From contig CAVQLA010000003.1 in assembly GCA_963713285.1 (NCBI GenBank), forward strand, positions 4,514 to 68,513: a stretch of DNA of 64,000 nucleotides. Direction: 5' to 3'. Below are positions 1-9,196 of the stretch, piece by piece. The notes under the pieces are model-generated. The model ran no database searches, was not told the origin of the DNA, and saw nothing but the letters and a program-made list of their open reading frames with translations. The translations under genes and the position numbers were made by a program. The stretch comes from an uncultured Chloroflexia bacterium. GTDB lineage: Bacteria > Chloroflexota > Limnocylindria > Limnocylindrales > CSP1-4. The first letter of the stretch is position 1. Each line of letters begins with the position of its first letter.

Positions 1-90
1 TCGCGGATCCACGTCGACCTCCTGCGCCTCCTCTTCGTCGGCGTCCTGGCCCTGACGGCCATCCAGATGACCCTGCGGGCGCTGGGATGA
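1..90 (+). CDS. TauE/SafE-family permease, C-terminal end (5' part outside window)
   Basis: Frame-1 reading to TGA 88-90 gives the hydrophobic tail ...DLLRLLFVGVLALTAIQMTLRALG*, typical of the last TM helix of TauE/SafE permeases. Its stop overlaps the next start (ATGA). Confidence 0.5.
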   Translation, partial: SRIHVDLLRLLFVGVLALTAIQMTLRALG

Positions 91-479
91 ACGCGACGAC
101 GCCGAGCGGTGGGTCCGAGGTCGGCGCGGCGCCGGCCGGGGTGGAGGCGCAGATCGCCCGGATCCTGGCGCTCGGCACCCGGCTGGGCATCGCGCTCCTC
201 GCCGTCGGCAGCCTGCTCCTGGTGGCCGCGGGGATCTCGCCGCTGGCCGAGGACTGGCCTCCGCTGGACCTGGCGGCCCTCCCGGCCGACCTGCTCGCCC
301 TGCGCCCCGAGGGCTTCCTGTGGCTGGGGCTCCTCGTCACCATCGCGACGCCGCTGCTGCGCGTGACGGCGGCCACCCTGGGCTTCGCCCGGGCGGGCGA
401 GCGGCGGATGGTGCTCCTCGGGGTCGCGGTGCTCGTCGTGATCACCCTGGCGGTCGCCGCGGGTACCGCCGCGAGCTGA
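87..479 (+). CDS. DUF1634-like small membrane protein
   Basis: 130-aa ORF with hydrophobic stretches (LGIALLAVGSLLLVAAGI, FLWLGLLVTIATPLL, VLLGVAVLVVITLAVAA). The layout resembles DUF1634 proteins, which commonly follow TauE genes. Family call is recalled, not searched. Confidence 0.6.
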   Translation: MNATTPSGGSEVGAAPAGVEAQIARILALGTRLGIALLAVGSLLLVAAGISPLAEDWPPLDLAALPADLLALRPEGFLWLGLLVTIATPLLRVTAATLGFARAGERRMVLLGVAVLVVITLAVAAGTAAS

Positions 480-483
480 GCGC

Positions 484-600
484 ATGGACCTGGGGATCCT
501 CGCCGTCTCGCTGGTCGTCATCCTCGTCGGCGCGGAGCTCTTCACGAACAGCGTCGAGTGGTTCGGGCAGCGCCTGAACCTCCCCGAGGGCGTGGGTCCG
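484..600 (+). pseudogene. N-terminal relic of a CaCA-type cation antiporter
   Basis: The first ~37 codons of ORF 484..1773 read MDLGILAVSLVVILVGAELFTNSVEWFGQRLNLPEG, like the conserved N-terminus of Ca2+/cation antiporters (YrbG-like). After that the frame turns into Arg/Pro/Gly junk and runs through ilvE. Confidence 0.4.
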
Positions 601-617
601 GCGAAGAGCCCCGGGTC

Positions 618-623
618 TATACT
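618..623 (+). promoter_or_regulatory. -10-like TATACT upstream of ilvE
   Basis: Isolated AT-rich hexamer in ccgggtcTATACTcgggg, ~55 nt before ATG 680. The same TATACT(C/T)(C/G)G context recurs before def, rplS, nusA and asd. Confidence 0.4.
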
Positions 624-679
624 CGGGGCGCCCCCAGGGGCGCGCCGCCCCGACGGGACCACGCGAAGGAGCCGACCCG

Positions 680-1660
680 ATGCTCACCCAGAAGCCCGCC
701 GCCGACGCCGCCGCGCGCGCGGCCGGGTCGCCCGCCGACCCGGCGTCCCTCGTCTGCCTGTTCGAGGGCCGCTACGTCCCGCTGGGCGAGGCGAACGTCA
801 GCATCATGACCCACGCCTTCATGTACGGGACCGGCGTCTTCGAGGGCATCCGGGCCTACTGGAACGCGGAGCAGGGCCAGCTCTATGCCCTGAAGGTGCG
901 CGAGCACATGGAGCGCATCCGCAGCTCCGCGAAGGTGCTCCTGATGTCCGATCTCCCGTCGGTGGACCAGCTGACGGCCGAGGCGCTGGAGGTTCTCCGG
1001 CGGAACGAGTTCCGCGAGGACGCATACGTGCGCCCATCCTTCTACAAGAGCACCCAGGCGATCGGCGTCAAGCTCCACGGCCTGGAGCATCGCTACTACA
1101 TCCTGGCGCTGCCGTTCGGCGACTACGTGGACACGAACGTCGGGGTCAGGATCGGCACTGTCTCGTGGCGGCGCACCGCCGACCCGGCGATCCCGTCCCG
1201 GGCGAAGATCGTGGGCAGCTACGTCAACCCGGCCTTCAGCAAGTCGGAGGCGCTGCTCAACGGCTACGACGAGGCGCTGGTCCTCACCGAGGACGGCCAC
1301 ATCTCGGAGGGCTCGGCCGAGAACATCTTCGTGATCCGGGACGGCGTGGTGCTGACGCCCCCGGTGACCGACGACATCCTCGAGGGCATCACGCGGGCCG
1401 GGATCATGGAGATCTGCGCCGAGCTCGGCTTCCGCGTCGTGGAGCGCACGATCGACCGCTCGGAGATCTATGTCGCCGACGAGGCGTTCTTCTGCGGGAC
1501 AGGCGCCCAGATCAGCCCCATCATCGAGGTCGACCGGCGGCCGGTGGGCGGCGGTGCCGTGGGCCCGATGACGAAGCAGATCAAGGACCGCTACTTCGAC
1601 ATCGTCCGGGGCAACGTCCCGGCGTATGCCCACTGGGTGACGCCGGTCTTCCCTGGCTGA
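680..1660 (+). CDS. ilvE: branched-chain amino acid aminotransferase
   Basis: 326-aa ORF with class-IV aminotransferase motifs (THAFMYGTGVFEGIRAY, ENIFVIRDGVVLTPP, ILEGITR). A GAAGGAG SD lies ~9 nt upstream of the ATG. Confidence 0.93.
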   Translation: MLTQKPAADAAARAAGSPADPASLVCLFEGRYVPLGEANVSIMTHAFMYGTGVFEGIRAYWNAEQGQLYALKVREHMERIRSSAKVLLMSDLPSVDQLTAEALEVLRRNEFREDAYVRPSFYKSTQAIGVKLHGLEHRYYILALPFGDYVDTNVGVRIGTVSWRRTADPAIPSRAKIVGSYVNPAFSKSEALLNGYDEALVLTEDGHISEGSAENIFVIRDGVVLTPPVTDDILEGITRAGIMEICAELGFRVVERTIDRSEIYVADEAFFCGTGAQISPIIEVDRRPVGGGAVGPMTKQIKDRYFDIVRGNVPAYAHWVTPVFPG

Positions 1661-1675
1661 TCGCGGGCGGCCCGG

Positions 1676-3478
1676 TCAGGGGTTGCCGGGGATCTCCAGG
1701 GCCGGGGTCCGCGTGCCCTGGACCACGACGACGTCGGCCCGCATCTTCGGGTCGACCTTCGCCACGACGGTGACGCCCAACAGCGCCTCGAGCCGGGCGA
1801 TCGTCTTGGGGAAGGTCGTCTCGGCGCCGTTGTAGGCCTCGAGGATGGTGGTCGCGGCAACGGCCTCGCGCGCCTGGCCGCGCGGGGCCGAGGCGCCGAA
1901 GCCCTCGTAGTCGAGGTACTCCGCGAGCGCGGTGGCGCGGGCGGCCTCGCCCGTGCTGGTGACCACCCACGTGACCGCGCCCTCCTCGGCGATCGCCTGG
2001 CGCTGGGCCTGCTCACGGGGGTCGAAGTCGAACGCGCCGGCGGCCGCCTGGCGGATGCGCGCCACGTTGGCCTGCAGCACGTAGGTGCCGTTCACGTAGC
2101 CCTCGCTGCCGTAGTACGGCGGCGTGAACACGAAGGACCGGACGTTCCCCACGTCGATCCGCTGGGCGAGCCCGATGAGCTCCGGCAGCCGGGCGACCGG
2201 GAAGTCGGTCTTGAGCGCCCCCTTCGTTGCGGCCACGAGCTCGGAGAGGACGTCGGGGCGGGCCAGGGTCGCAAAGTCCGCCTGCTGGCGCAGCGACAGG
2301 ATCACCCGCTGCTGGCGCGCCGCCCGGTCGAAGTCCGACGACGTGTGGCGCGACCGAGCGTAGACGAGCGCATCGGTGCCGGTCATGTGCTGCACGCCCG
2401 TCGGGATGTAGACGCGAAGCATCCCCTTGTCGCCCGGGTAGCTATCGTCGATCACCGGGACCTGGACGTTGACCGTGACGCCGCCGAGGGCGTCGACCAC
2501 CTTGCGGAAGCCGTTGAAGTCGACCTCGACGAAGTACTGGATGTCGATGCCGTAGAGCCCGCCCAGCGTGTCCTTCAGCGCCCGGTAGCCGCTCTGCTTG
2601 CCACCGGGGAAGAGGTCGGGCCGGGCGCGGGCCTGCTGGAAGAGGGCGTTGATCTTGCGGTTCCAGGTGGGGCCGAAGGTCGACCGCGCCGGGACGTTGG
2701 GCAGGGGGATGCCCGTGGTGTCGCGGGGCAGGCTGAACATGGCGACCTGGCCGGTAGTCGGGTCGACGCTTGCGACGATGAGGGTGTCCGTGTTGTAGGA
2801 GCCTTCGCCGGGACGTCGATCGGAGCCGATGAGCAGGACGTTGAGGCGACCCGTGCCGTCCCACGGCGGCAGCGTCCCGCTGGGGGCGTCGGTCGCCCCG
2901 GGCGGCGGCGTGGCGGGCGGCGTCTCCGCGGGATCGGCGCTCGCGTCGGGCGTCGTCGCCGGGTCGCTCGGCACGGGTGAGGCGTCGCCCTCGTCACCGT
3001 CGTCGTTCGGGTTGAAGATCCCGTTGACGAGATCGAGGGCCTGCATGTCGTAGTAGGCCACCGCGACGTGCGCCCCGCTCATCACGAGCACGACCGCCAG
3101 GAGTCCGGCGACCGACAGGGGGGCGAGGGCGGCCCGCGAGGGGCCCAGCCGGCCGGCACCCTGGTCCCAGCGGTTGAGGTAGGTCGTGACGCGGTACGCG
3201 TCGACGGCGGCGACGATCCGGTAGAGGAGGGCCACGACGTTGCCGGCGAAGATTCCCAGCAGCACGGGCGGCTGCAGCACCACGCCGACGAGCTCGATCT
3301 GGTACGTCGCGAGGACGCCGAGTCCGAGCGCCAGGAGCAGGAAGGGCGGCGCCGCGAAGGCGATGGCGCGATACCACGCTCCCGCGTAGGCGTGTCCGAG
3401 GCCCGGGAAGAGGATCGAGAGGAAGGCGGCGGTGAAGGCCGAGCGCTCGCGGCCGCGCGGTTCCTGCGGGCGGTTCAT
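1676..3478 (-). CDS. LCP (LytR-CpsA-Psr) family protein with multi-TM N-terminus
   Basis: 600-aa ORF. It has N-terminal TM helices, an LCP core (LNVLLIGSDRRPGEG..NTDTLIVASVDP..FSLPRDT) and a C-terminal LytR_C-like region. Confidence 0.88.
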   Translation of the reverse strand: MNRPQEPRGRERSAFTAAFLSILFPGLGHAYAGAWYRAIAFAAPPFLLLALGLGVLATYQIELVGVVLQPPVLLGIFAGNVVALLYRIVAAVDAYRVTTYLNRWDQGAGRLGPSRAALAPLSVAGLLAVVLVMSGAHVAVAYYDMQALDLVNGIFNPNDDGDEGDASPVPSDPATTPDASADPAETPPATPPPGATDAPSGTLPPWDGTGRLNVLLIGSDRRPGEGSYNTDTLIVASVDPTTGQVAMFSLPRDTTGIPLPNVPARSTFGPTWNRKINALFQQARARPDLFPGGKQSGYRALKDTLGGLYGIDIQYFVEVDFNGFRKVVDALGGVTVNVQVPVIDDSYPGDKGMLRVYIPTGVQHMTGTDALVYARSRHTSSDFDRAARQQRVILSLRQQADFATLARPDVLSELVAATKGALKTDFPVARLPELIGLAQRIDVGNVRSFVFTPPYYGSEGYVNGTYVLQANVARIRQAAAGAFDFDPREQAQRQAIAEEGAVTWVVTSTGEAARATALAEYLDYEGFGASAPRGQAREAVAATTILEAYNGAETTFPKTIARLEALLGVTVVAKVDPKMRADVVVVQGTRTPALEIPGNP

Positions 3479-3484
3479 CGCGGG

Positions 3485-3491
3485 TAGGATA
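3485..3491. promoter_or_regulatory. overlapping divergent -10-like boxes (TAGGAT toward ileS, TATCCT toward the LCP gene)
   Basis: gggTAGGATAggg is the only AT-rich patch in the 122-nt divergent intergenic region. On the - strand it reads TATCCT-N7-ATG, so the LCP gene has no SD and a possibly leaderless mRNA. Confidence 0.3.
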
Positions 3492-3600
3492 GGGGGAACC
3501 TCCGTGAAGCGTGTCCGAGGTGCTGTGACGGGCGGTGGAGCCGCCGCGTGACGCCGGGCCGCCCGCGGCCCGCAAACCCCCGTCCCCCAGCCGAGGCCCG

Positions 3601-6600
3601 ATGTTCGACCCCGTCAGCAGCAAGCCCGACCTCGTCGCCCAGGAGCACGAGATCCTCGCCCTGTGGCGCGAGCGGCGCACGTTCGCGCGCCTCCGCGCCC
3701 AGAACGCCGGCGGGCCGCGCTGGAGCTTCCTCGACGGGCCCATCACCGCGAACAACCCGATGGGCGTCCACCACGCCTGGGGCCGCACCTACAAGGACGT
3801 CTTCCAGCGCTTCCACGCCATGCTCGGCGAGGACCAGCGCTGGCAGAACGGCTTCGACTGCCAGGGCCTCTGGGTGGAGGTCAACGTCGAGAAGGACCTG
3901 GGGTTCACGTCGAAGCGGGACATCGAGGAGCACGGGATCGCGGAGTTCGTGAGCCTCTGCAAGCAGCGGGTCCTCACGTTTGCCGCGCGCCAGACCGAGC
4001 AGTCGGTCCGCCTCGGCTACTGGATGGACTGGAACGATCCCGACGAGCTCCGCCGCCTGCGCGACCAGCTGGCCGCCGATCCGGCCCGGGTGATGACGCT
4101 CCAGGGGCCGCAGGGCCCCGTCACCGACACCGCCGAGATGCTCGTCGGGCGCCTCGGGATGCCGGAGCTGGGGGGCTCGTACTTCACGTTCAGCAACGAG
4201 AACAACGACCTCATCTGGGCCTTCCTCGCCGAGTGCCACCGCCGGGGCTGGCTCTACAAGGGCCACGACACGATGCCGTGGTGCCCGCGCTGCGGCACGG
4301 GCCTGTCGCAGATGGAGATGAACGAGGGCTACGCCGACCGCGAGGACCCCGGCCTGACGATCCGGCTGCCGCTCCTCGACCGGCCCGGTGAATCCCTCCT
4401 CGTCTGGACGACCACGCCGTGGACGCTGGCGGCCAACGTCGCCGCAGCGGTCGGGCCGGAGGTCCGCTACGTCCGCGTCCGGCAGGGCCACGAGGACTTC
4501 TGGCTCGGCAAGGGGACCCTGCGCCAGGCGCTCGTCGGCCCCTTCCAGGTGCTCGAGGAGCGGCCGGGCGCGGAGCTCGAGGGCTGGCGCTACGCCGGAC
4601 CGTTCGACGAGCTGCCGGCCGTGCGCGATGCCTTCGGCGAGGCGGGCTACGAGCACCGCGTCGTCACCTGGGCCGAGGTCGGCGAGGAGGAGGGGACCGG
4701 GATCGTCCATATCGCGCCCGGCTGCGGCGCGGAGGACTACCAGCTCGGCGCGGCGCTCGGCCTCCCGGTCATCGGGCCCATCGACGAGGACGGTCGCTAC
4801 CACCCGGGCTTCGGCTGGCTGGCCGGGCGCGAGGCGCCGGCGGCGACCGAGGCGATCGTGGATGACCTCGAGCAGCGGCACATCTTCTACCACCTCGAGC
4901 CCTACACGCACCGCTACCCGCACTGCTGGCGTTGCGGGACGCCGCTCCTCTTCCGGCTCGTGGACGAGTGGTACGTCAGCATGGGGCCGGTCTACGATCG
5001 GCCCCGCTCGGAGCTGTCGGCCGAGCAGGTCGACGCGAGCCTGCGCTACCAGATCATGGAGGTGGTCGACCGGATCCGCTGGATCCCGGCCTTCGGCTAC
5101 GAGCGCGAGCTCGACTGGCTCCTCAACATGCACGACTGGATGATCAGCAAGAAGCGCTACTGGGGGCTTGCGCTGCCGATCTACGACTGTGCCGCGTGCG
5201 GGACCTTCGACGTGGTGGGCGGACGCGAGGAGCTGCGCGAGCGGGCCGTGGCGGGCTGGGAGGTGCTGGAGGGCCACACGCCGCACCGCCCGTACGTCGA
5301 CGCCGTCCAGATCGCCTGTCCCGGCTGCGGGGCGCCGGTCTCGCGGATCCCCGACGTGGGGAACCCCTGGCTCGACGCCGGGATCGTCCCGTTCTCCACG
5401 CTCCACTACCGCGAGGCGCCGGAGCACTGGGAGCAGTGGTTCCCGGCCGACTTCATCACCGAGAGCTTCCCGGGCCAGTTCCGCAACTGGTTCTACTCGA
5501 TGCTGGCGATGAGCACGGTCCTGCGGCGCGAGCCGCCCTTCCGCACCATCTTCGGGTACGCGACCCTCTTCGGCGAGGACGGCCGCCCCATGCACAAGAG
5601 CTGGGGCAACGCGATCGAGTTCGACGAGGCGGCCGAGCGGATGGGCGTCGACGTCATGCGCTGGACCTATGCCAACGCGCGGCCCGAGGACAACATCCTG
5701 TTCGGGTGGCACGCCGCGGACGAGGCACGCCGCGAGCTGCTGGTCCTGTGGAACGTCTACGCGTTCTTCGTCACGTATGCCAACCTGGCGGGCTGGACGC
5801 CGGGCTCCGCGGCGCCGCCGGTGGCGGAGCGGCCGATCCTCGACCGCTGGATCCTCTCGCGCCTGGCGGGCCTCGCGGCCCGCGTCGAGGACCGGCTCGC
5901 CGACTACGACACGGACGCCGCCGCGGCCTCGGTGTCGCGGTTCATCGACGAGCTGTCCACGTGGTACCTCCGGCGCAGCCGGCGCCGCCTGTCGCGCGCG
6001 GCAGAGGGCCCGGACCGCGCGGCGGCCTTCGCGACGCTGCACACCGCGCTCGTCGGGCTGGCCCGCGTGGTCGCCCCGTTGCTGCCGTTCGTGGCCGAGG
6101 CCATCTACCAGAACCTCGTCGTGCGCGGCGCTGTCGAGGCGCCCGACAGCGTCCATCTCACCCGCTGGCCGGCTGCCGACCTGGCCGGCGCCCGGGACCC
6201 GGGGCTCGAGGATGGGATGGAGCTTGCCCAGCGCGCAGTGGACCTGGCGCGCACGCTGCGGTCGCAGGCAGGCCTGCGGATCCGCCAGCCGCTGGCGCGC
6301 CTCTGGGTCGCCCTCCCGGGCGCGGACCATCCGGAGCTCGAGGCGCTCCTCGGGATCGTCGCCGAGGAGGTCAACGTGAAGGAGGTCGTGCGGATCGGCG
6401 ACGAGTCCGAGCTCGTGGAGCGCCGCGTGAAGCCGCTCCTGCCGAGGATCGGGAAGAAGCTCGGCCCGGCCATCCCGGCCGTGATGGCCGCGGCGCGCGA
6501 GGGTCGCTTCGAGATCCGCGCGGACGGCTCGGTGGCGCTGGGCGGCGTGGAGCTGGCGCCCGACGAGGTGGAGATCCTCGCCACGCCCCGGCCGGGGACT

Positions 6601-6933
6601 GCCGTCGCGCACGACGAGGGGCTCGTCGTCGTCATCGACACCGCGCTGACCGACGCGCTGCGCGCGGAGGGCGATGCCCGCGAGCTGCAGCGGGCGGTGC
6701 AGGACCTCCGGCGCGACGCCGGCCTCGAGCTCGACGACCGGATCGAGCTCGTCGTCCAGCTCGAGGGCGACGCCGCGGCGATCCGGCCCCACCTGCCGAC
6801 GGTGGCGTCCGAGACGCTGGCCGCGTCGGTGGCCGAGGGCGTCCCTCCGGAGGGCTGGCCGGCCGCCACGGTCGCCCTGGGGGCGACGACCGCGCGGATC
6901 GCCATCCGCCGGCGCGACGGAGGCCCGGCATGA
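3601..6933 (+). CDS. ileS: isoleucine--tRNA ligase
   Basis: Class-I aaRS with HIGH-like PMGVHHAWGR, KMSKS-like PMHKSWGN, and Zn/editing motifs PWCPRCGT and YPHCWRCGTPL. lspA follows it, as is usual. The ORF opens at GTG 3535, but the conserved N-terminus starts at ATG 3601 (MFDPVSSKPDL). Confidence 0.93.
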   Translation: MFDPVSSKPDLVAQEHEILALWRERRTFARLRAQNAGGPRWSFLDGPITANNPMGVHHAWGRTYKDVFQRFHAMLGEDQRWQNGFDCQGLWVEVNVEKDLGFTSKRDIEEHGIAEFVSLCKQRVLTFAARQTEQSVRLGYWMDWNDPDELRRLRDQLAADPARVMTLQGPQGPVTDTAEMLVGRLGMPELGGSYFTFSNENNDLIWAFLAECHRRGWLYKGHDTMPWCPRCGTGLSQMEMNEGYADREDPGLTIRLPLLDRPGESLLVWTTTPWTLAANVAAAVGPEVRYVRVRQGHEDFWLGKGTLRQALVGPFQVLEERPGAELEGWRYAGPFDELPAVRDAFGEAGYEHRVVTWAEVGEEEGTGIVHIAPGCGAEDYQLGAALGLPVIGPIDEDGRYHPGFGWLAGREAPAATEAIVDDLEQRHIFYHLEPYTHRYPHCWRCGTPLLFRLVDEWYVSMGPVYDRPRSELSAEQVDASLRYQIMEVVDRIRWIPAFGYERELDWLLNMHDWMISKKRYWGLALPIYDCAACGTFDVVGGREELRERAVAGWEVLEGHTPHRPYVDAVQIACPGCGAPVSRIPDVGNPWLDAGIVPFSTLHYREAPEHWEQWFPADFITESFPGQFRNWFYSMLAMSTVLRREPPFRTIFGYATLFGEDGRPMHKSWGNAIEFDEAAERMGVDVMRWTYANARPEDNILFGWHAADEARRELLVLWNVYAFFVTYANLAGWTPGSAAPPVAERPILDRWILSRLAGLAARVEDRLADYDTDAAAASVSRFIDELSTWYLRRSRRRLSRAAEGPDRAAAFATLHTALVGLARVVAPLLPFVAEAIYQNLVVRGAVEAPDSVHLTRWPAADLAGARDPGLEDGMELAQRAVDLARTLRSQAGLRIRQPLARLWVALPGADHPELEALLGIVAEEVNVKEVVRIGDESELVERRVKPLLPRIGKKLGPAIPAVMAAAREGRFEIRADGSVALGGVELAPDEVEILATPRPGTAVAHDEGLVVVIDTALTDALRAEGDARELQRAVQDLRRDAGLELDDRIELVVQLEGDAAAIRPHLPTVASETLAASVAEGVPPEGWPAATVALGATTARIAIRRRDGGPA

Positions 6934-7553
6934 CGGACGCCGGCGCGACCAGGGACGGGGACGCCGTGGGAGCACCCGCCGTGGTCGCCGGCGACGCGGA
7001 GCCGGCCGCGACGACCGGTGACACGGCCGCGGGCGCGACGACCTCCGAGATGGCGCCGGCCGCCCGGATGCGCCACTGGATCGTCTTCTTTGCCATCACC
7101 GGCGGCGTGATCGTCCTCGACCAGCTCGTGAAGACCTGGGTCGTCGCGAACGTCCAGCTCGGCGAGATCGTCGACGTCCTCGGCGAGTGGCTCCGGATCT
7201 GGCACGTCCAGAACACCGGGGCGCTCTTCGGGCTCTTCCGCGACCAGGCGGTCCTGTTCGCGGCGCTGAGCATCGGGGTGATGGCCATCATCGTCTGGTA
7301 CCACGGCCGGGCGGTCGCCGGCAGCGGCTGGCTGGCGACGGTGGCCCTCGGGCTCCTGCTCGGCGGCGCCGTCGGCAACTTCATCGACCGCGCCCGCTTC
7401 GGGTACGTCGTCGACTTCGTCGACATGGGCTTCCCGGGAGGCTGGCGGTTCTACACGTGGAACGTGGCCGATGCGGCGATCACGGTCTCCATCATGCTGC
7501 TCCTGCTGATGGTGATCCTGCCCCCCCGGCGCCGCGAGGCCCCCGCCGGATGA
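6930..7553 (+). CDS. lspA: lipoprotein signal peptidase II
   Basis: Tail of ORF 4932..7553 with LspA motifs (NTGALFGL, GGAVGNFIDR, VVDFVD, NVADAAI). ATG 6930 overlaps the ileS stop (ATGA). There is an Ala/Thr-rich N-extension, and an internal ATG ~120 nt downstream is an alternative start. Confidence 0.9.
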   Translation: MTDAGATRDGDAVGAPAVVAGDAEPAATTGDTAAGATTSEMAPAARMRHWIVFFAITGGVIVLDQLVKTWVVANVQLGEIVDVLGEWLRIWHVQNTGALFGLFRDQAVLFAALSIGVMAIIVWYHGRAVAGSGWLATVALGLLLGGAVGNFIDRARFGYVVDFVDMGFPGGWRFYTWNVADAAITVSIMLLLLMVILPPRRREAPAG

Positions 7554-8512
7554 CGGAGCTGCGGCTCGTCGTCCCGGCCGGCGGGGGCGGGCGTGCCGAC
7601 CGGTTCGCCGCCGACCTGTCCGGCCTCTCGCGGAGCCGCGTCCAGCGCCTGATCTCCGAGGGCCGCGTGACGAGCGACGGGGTGCTCGTGAAGGCCAACA
7701 CGATCGTCCCCTCGGGGGCGGTCCTCGTCATCGACGTCCCGCCGCCGGAGCCCGCCGGGATCGAGCCTGAGGCGATCCCCCTCGACGTGGTGTTCGAGGA
7801 CGCCGACGTTCTCGTCATCGACAAGCCGGCGGGCCTGGTCGTCCACCCGAGCCCCGGCCACTGGTCGGGAACCCTGGTGAACGCGCTGCTCGCCCGGGAC
7901 ACGGTCTACGGCGGGATCGCCGGCGTCGAGCGGCCGGGCATCGTCCACCGCCTCGATCGCGACACGTCCGGCCTCCTGATGGTCGCCAAGACAGACGCCG
8001 CCCAGACCAGCCTGATGGCACAGCTCAAGGCCCGGCGCGTCAAGAAGACGTACCTCGCCCTCGTCCAGGGCGGCGTCCAGGCCGCGGTGGGGCGCATCGA
8101 GGCCCCCATCGGCCGCGACCCGAAGAACCGGATGCGGATGGCGGTGATGCCGGACGGGCGGCCGTCCGTCACCGGGTACCGGGTTCGGGAGCGCTTCGCG
8201 GGCTGGACCCTGCTGGAGCTCGACCTGGTCACCGGGCGGACCCACCAGATACGGGTCCACCTGGCGGCGCTCGGCCACTCGGTCGCGGGCGACCCGGTCT
8301 ACGGCACCGGGACTGCGCGACGGGGCCCCGACGGCCTGACGCGGCTCTTCCTCCACGCTTGGCGCCTCGTGTTCGCCGCACCCGCCACGGGCGACCTCGT
8401 GCGGCTCGAGGCCCCCCTGCCGGTCGAGCTCGAGGGCGTGCTCGAGGCCCTCCGCGACGCGGCCGCCAGCGTTCCGCCGCGTCCGCCCGATCTCGACGAG
8501 TCCCGCCGATGA
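7550..8512 (+). CDS. rluD: 23S rRNA pseudouridine synthase, RluA/RluD family
   Basis: S4 domain plus catalytic core (VIDKPAGLVVHPSPGH, HRLDRDTSGLLMVAK, GRTHQIRVH). ATGA overlap with lspA. Confidence 0.9.
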   Translation: MTELRLVVPAGGGGRADRFAADLSGLSRSRVQRLISEGRVTSDGVLVKANTIVPSGAVLVIDVPPPEPAGIEPEAIPLDVVFEDADVLVIDKPAGLVVHPSPGHWSGTLVNALLARDTVYGGIAGVERPGIVHRLDRDTSGLLMVAKTDAAQTSLMAQLKARRVKKTYLALVQGGVQAAVGRIEAPIGRDPKNRMRMAVMPDGRPSVTGYRVRERFAGWTLLELDLVTGRTHQIRVHLAALGHSVAGDPVYGTGTARRGPDGLTRLFLHAWRLVFAAPATGDLVRLEAPLPVELEGVLEALRDAAASVPPRPPDLDESRR

Positions 8513-8522
8513 GCGCGAGGCC

Positions 8523-9191
8523 GTGAGCGAGCAGCCGCTGGGGGCCGCCCCGGCGCCCGACGACCCGCTCGCCGGAGCCCCGAGCGCCGGTGCACCGGGC
8601 GCGCTCCTCGTCGTGGTCTCGGGACCGTCCGGCGTCGGCAAGGACACGATCATCGAGGCGCTCCGCGAGCGGCCCCGGGATCCCGACTACCACTACGTCG
8701 TGACGTGCACGACGCGGCTGCCCCGCCCCGGCGAGGTGGACGGGGTCAACTACCACTTCCTGACCCGGGAGCGGTTCGCGGCACTCCGCGACGCCGGCGC
8801 GTTCCTCGAGTGGGCCGAGGTCCACGGCAACTGGTATGCCACCCCGCGGGCCGAGGTCCGCCGGGCGCTGGCGGGCGGCCACGACGTGATCCTCAAGATC
8901 GACGTCCAGGGCGCCGCGGCGGTGAAGTCGCTGGTGGAGGAGGCGCTCCTCGTCTTCGTCGTCCCGCCCTCGCTCGAGGCGCTGTTCCGGCGCCTGCGCG
9001 CCCGCGCCACGGAGACGGCGCAGCAGCTGGAGCTCCGCCAGCGGAACGCCGCCATCGAGCTCGCGCGCGCCGGCGACTACGACCACGTCGTGGTGAACGA
9101 GGACGGCCAGGTGGAGCGGACGGCGGAGCGGATCGACGAGATCATCCGCGCCGAGCGCGAGCGGCATCCGGACCGCCGGGTCGTCGTCTGA
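8523..9191 (+). CDS. gmk: guanylate kinase
   Basis: P-loop GPSGVGKDT, TTRLPRPGEVDGVNYHF, EWAEVHGNWYATP. GTG start. Confidence 0.93.
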   Translation: MSEQPLGAAPAPDDPLAGAPSAGAPGALLVVVSGPSGVGKDTIIEALRERPRDPDYHYVVTCTTRLPRPGEVDGVNYHFLTRERFAALRDAGAFLEWAEVHGNWYATPRAEVRRALAGGHDVILKIDVQGAAAVKSLVEEALLVFVVPPSLEALFRRLRARATETAQQLELRQRNAAIELARAGDYDHVVVNEDGQVERTAERIDEIIRAERERHPDRRVVV

Positions 9192-9196
9192 CGACG

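Noticed and set aside
484-1773. 429-aa ORF spanning the ilvE region in another frame.
   Set aside because: Only the first ~37 codons look genuine (the antiporter relic). The rest overlaps the well-supported ilvE frame and is Arg/Gly/Pro junk.
3492-3600. Possible T-box riboswitch in the ileS leader. Actinobacteria typically have one upstream of ileS, and GGGCGGTGGAGCCGCCGCG partly resembles the GGGUGGNACCGCG T-box core.
   Set aside because: There is no AUC specifier in a GAA-codon-purine context downstream of the likely promoter. The UGGA would not pair with an ACCA tRNA end. The leader is short. A covariance-model scan would be needed, and I cannot support the call.
3475-6975. Very long antisense ORFs: 3475..6975 (1166 aa), 26738..30430 (1230 aa), 30463..35289 (1608 aa), 56514..59822 (1102 aa) and 60751..63720 (989 aa), plus many shorter ones.
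   Set aside because: They lie opposite strongly conserved genes (ileS, smc, ftsY-ffh, pnp, rnj). Their products are Arg/Pro/Gly/Ala-rich with no recognisable motifs. Stop-free antisense frames are expected at this GC content.
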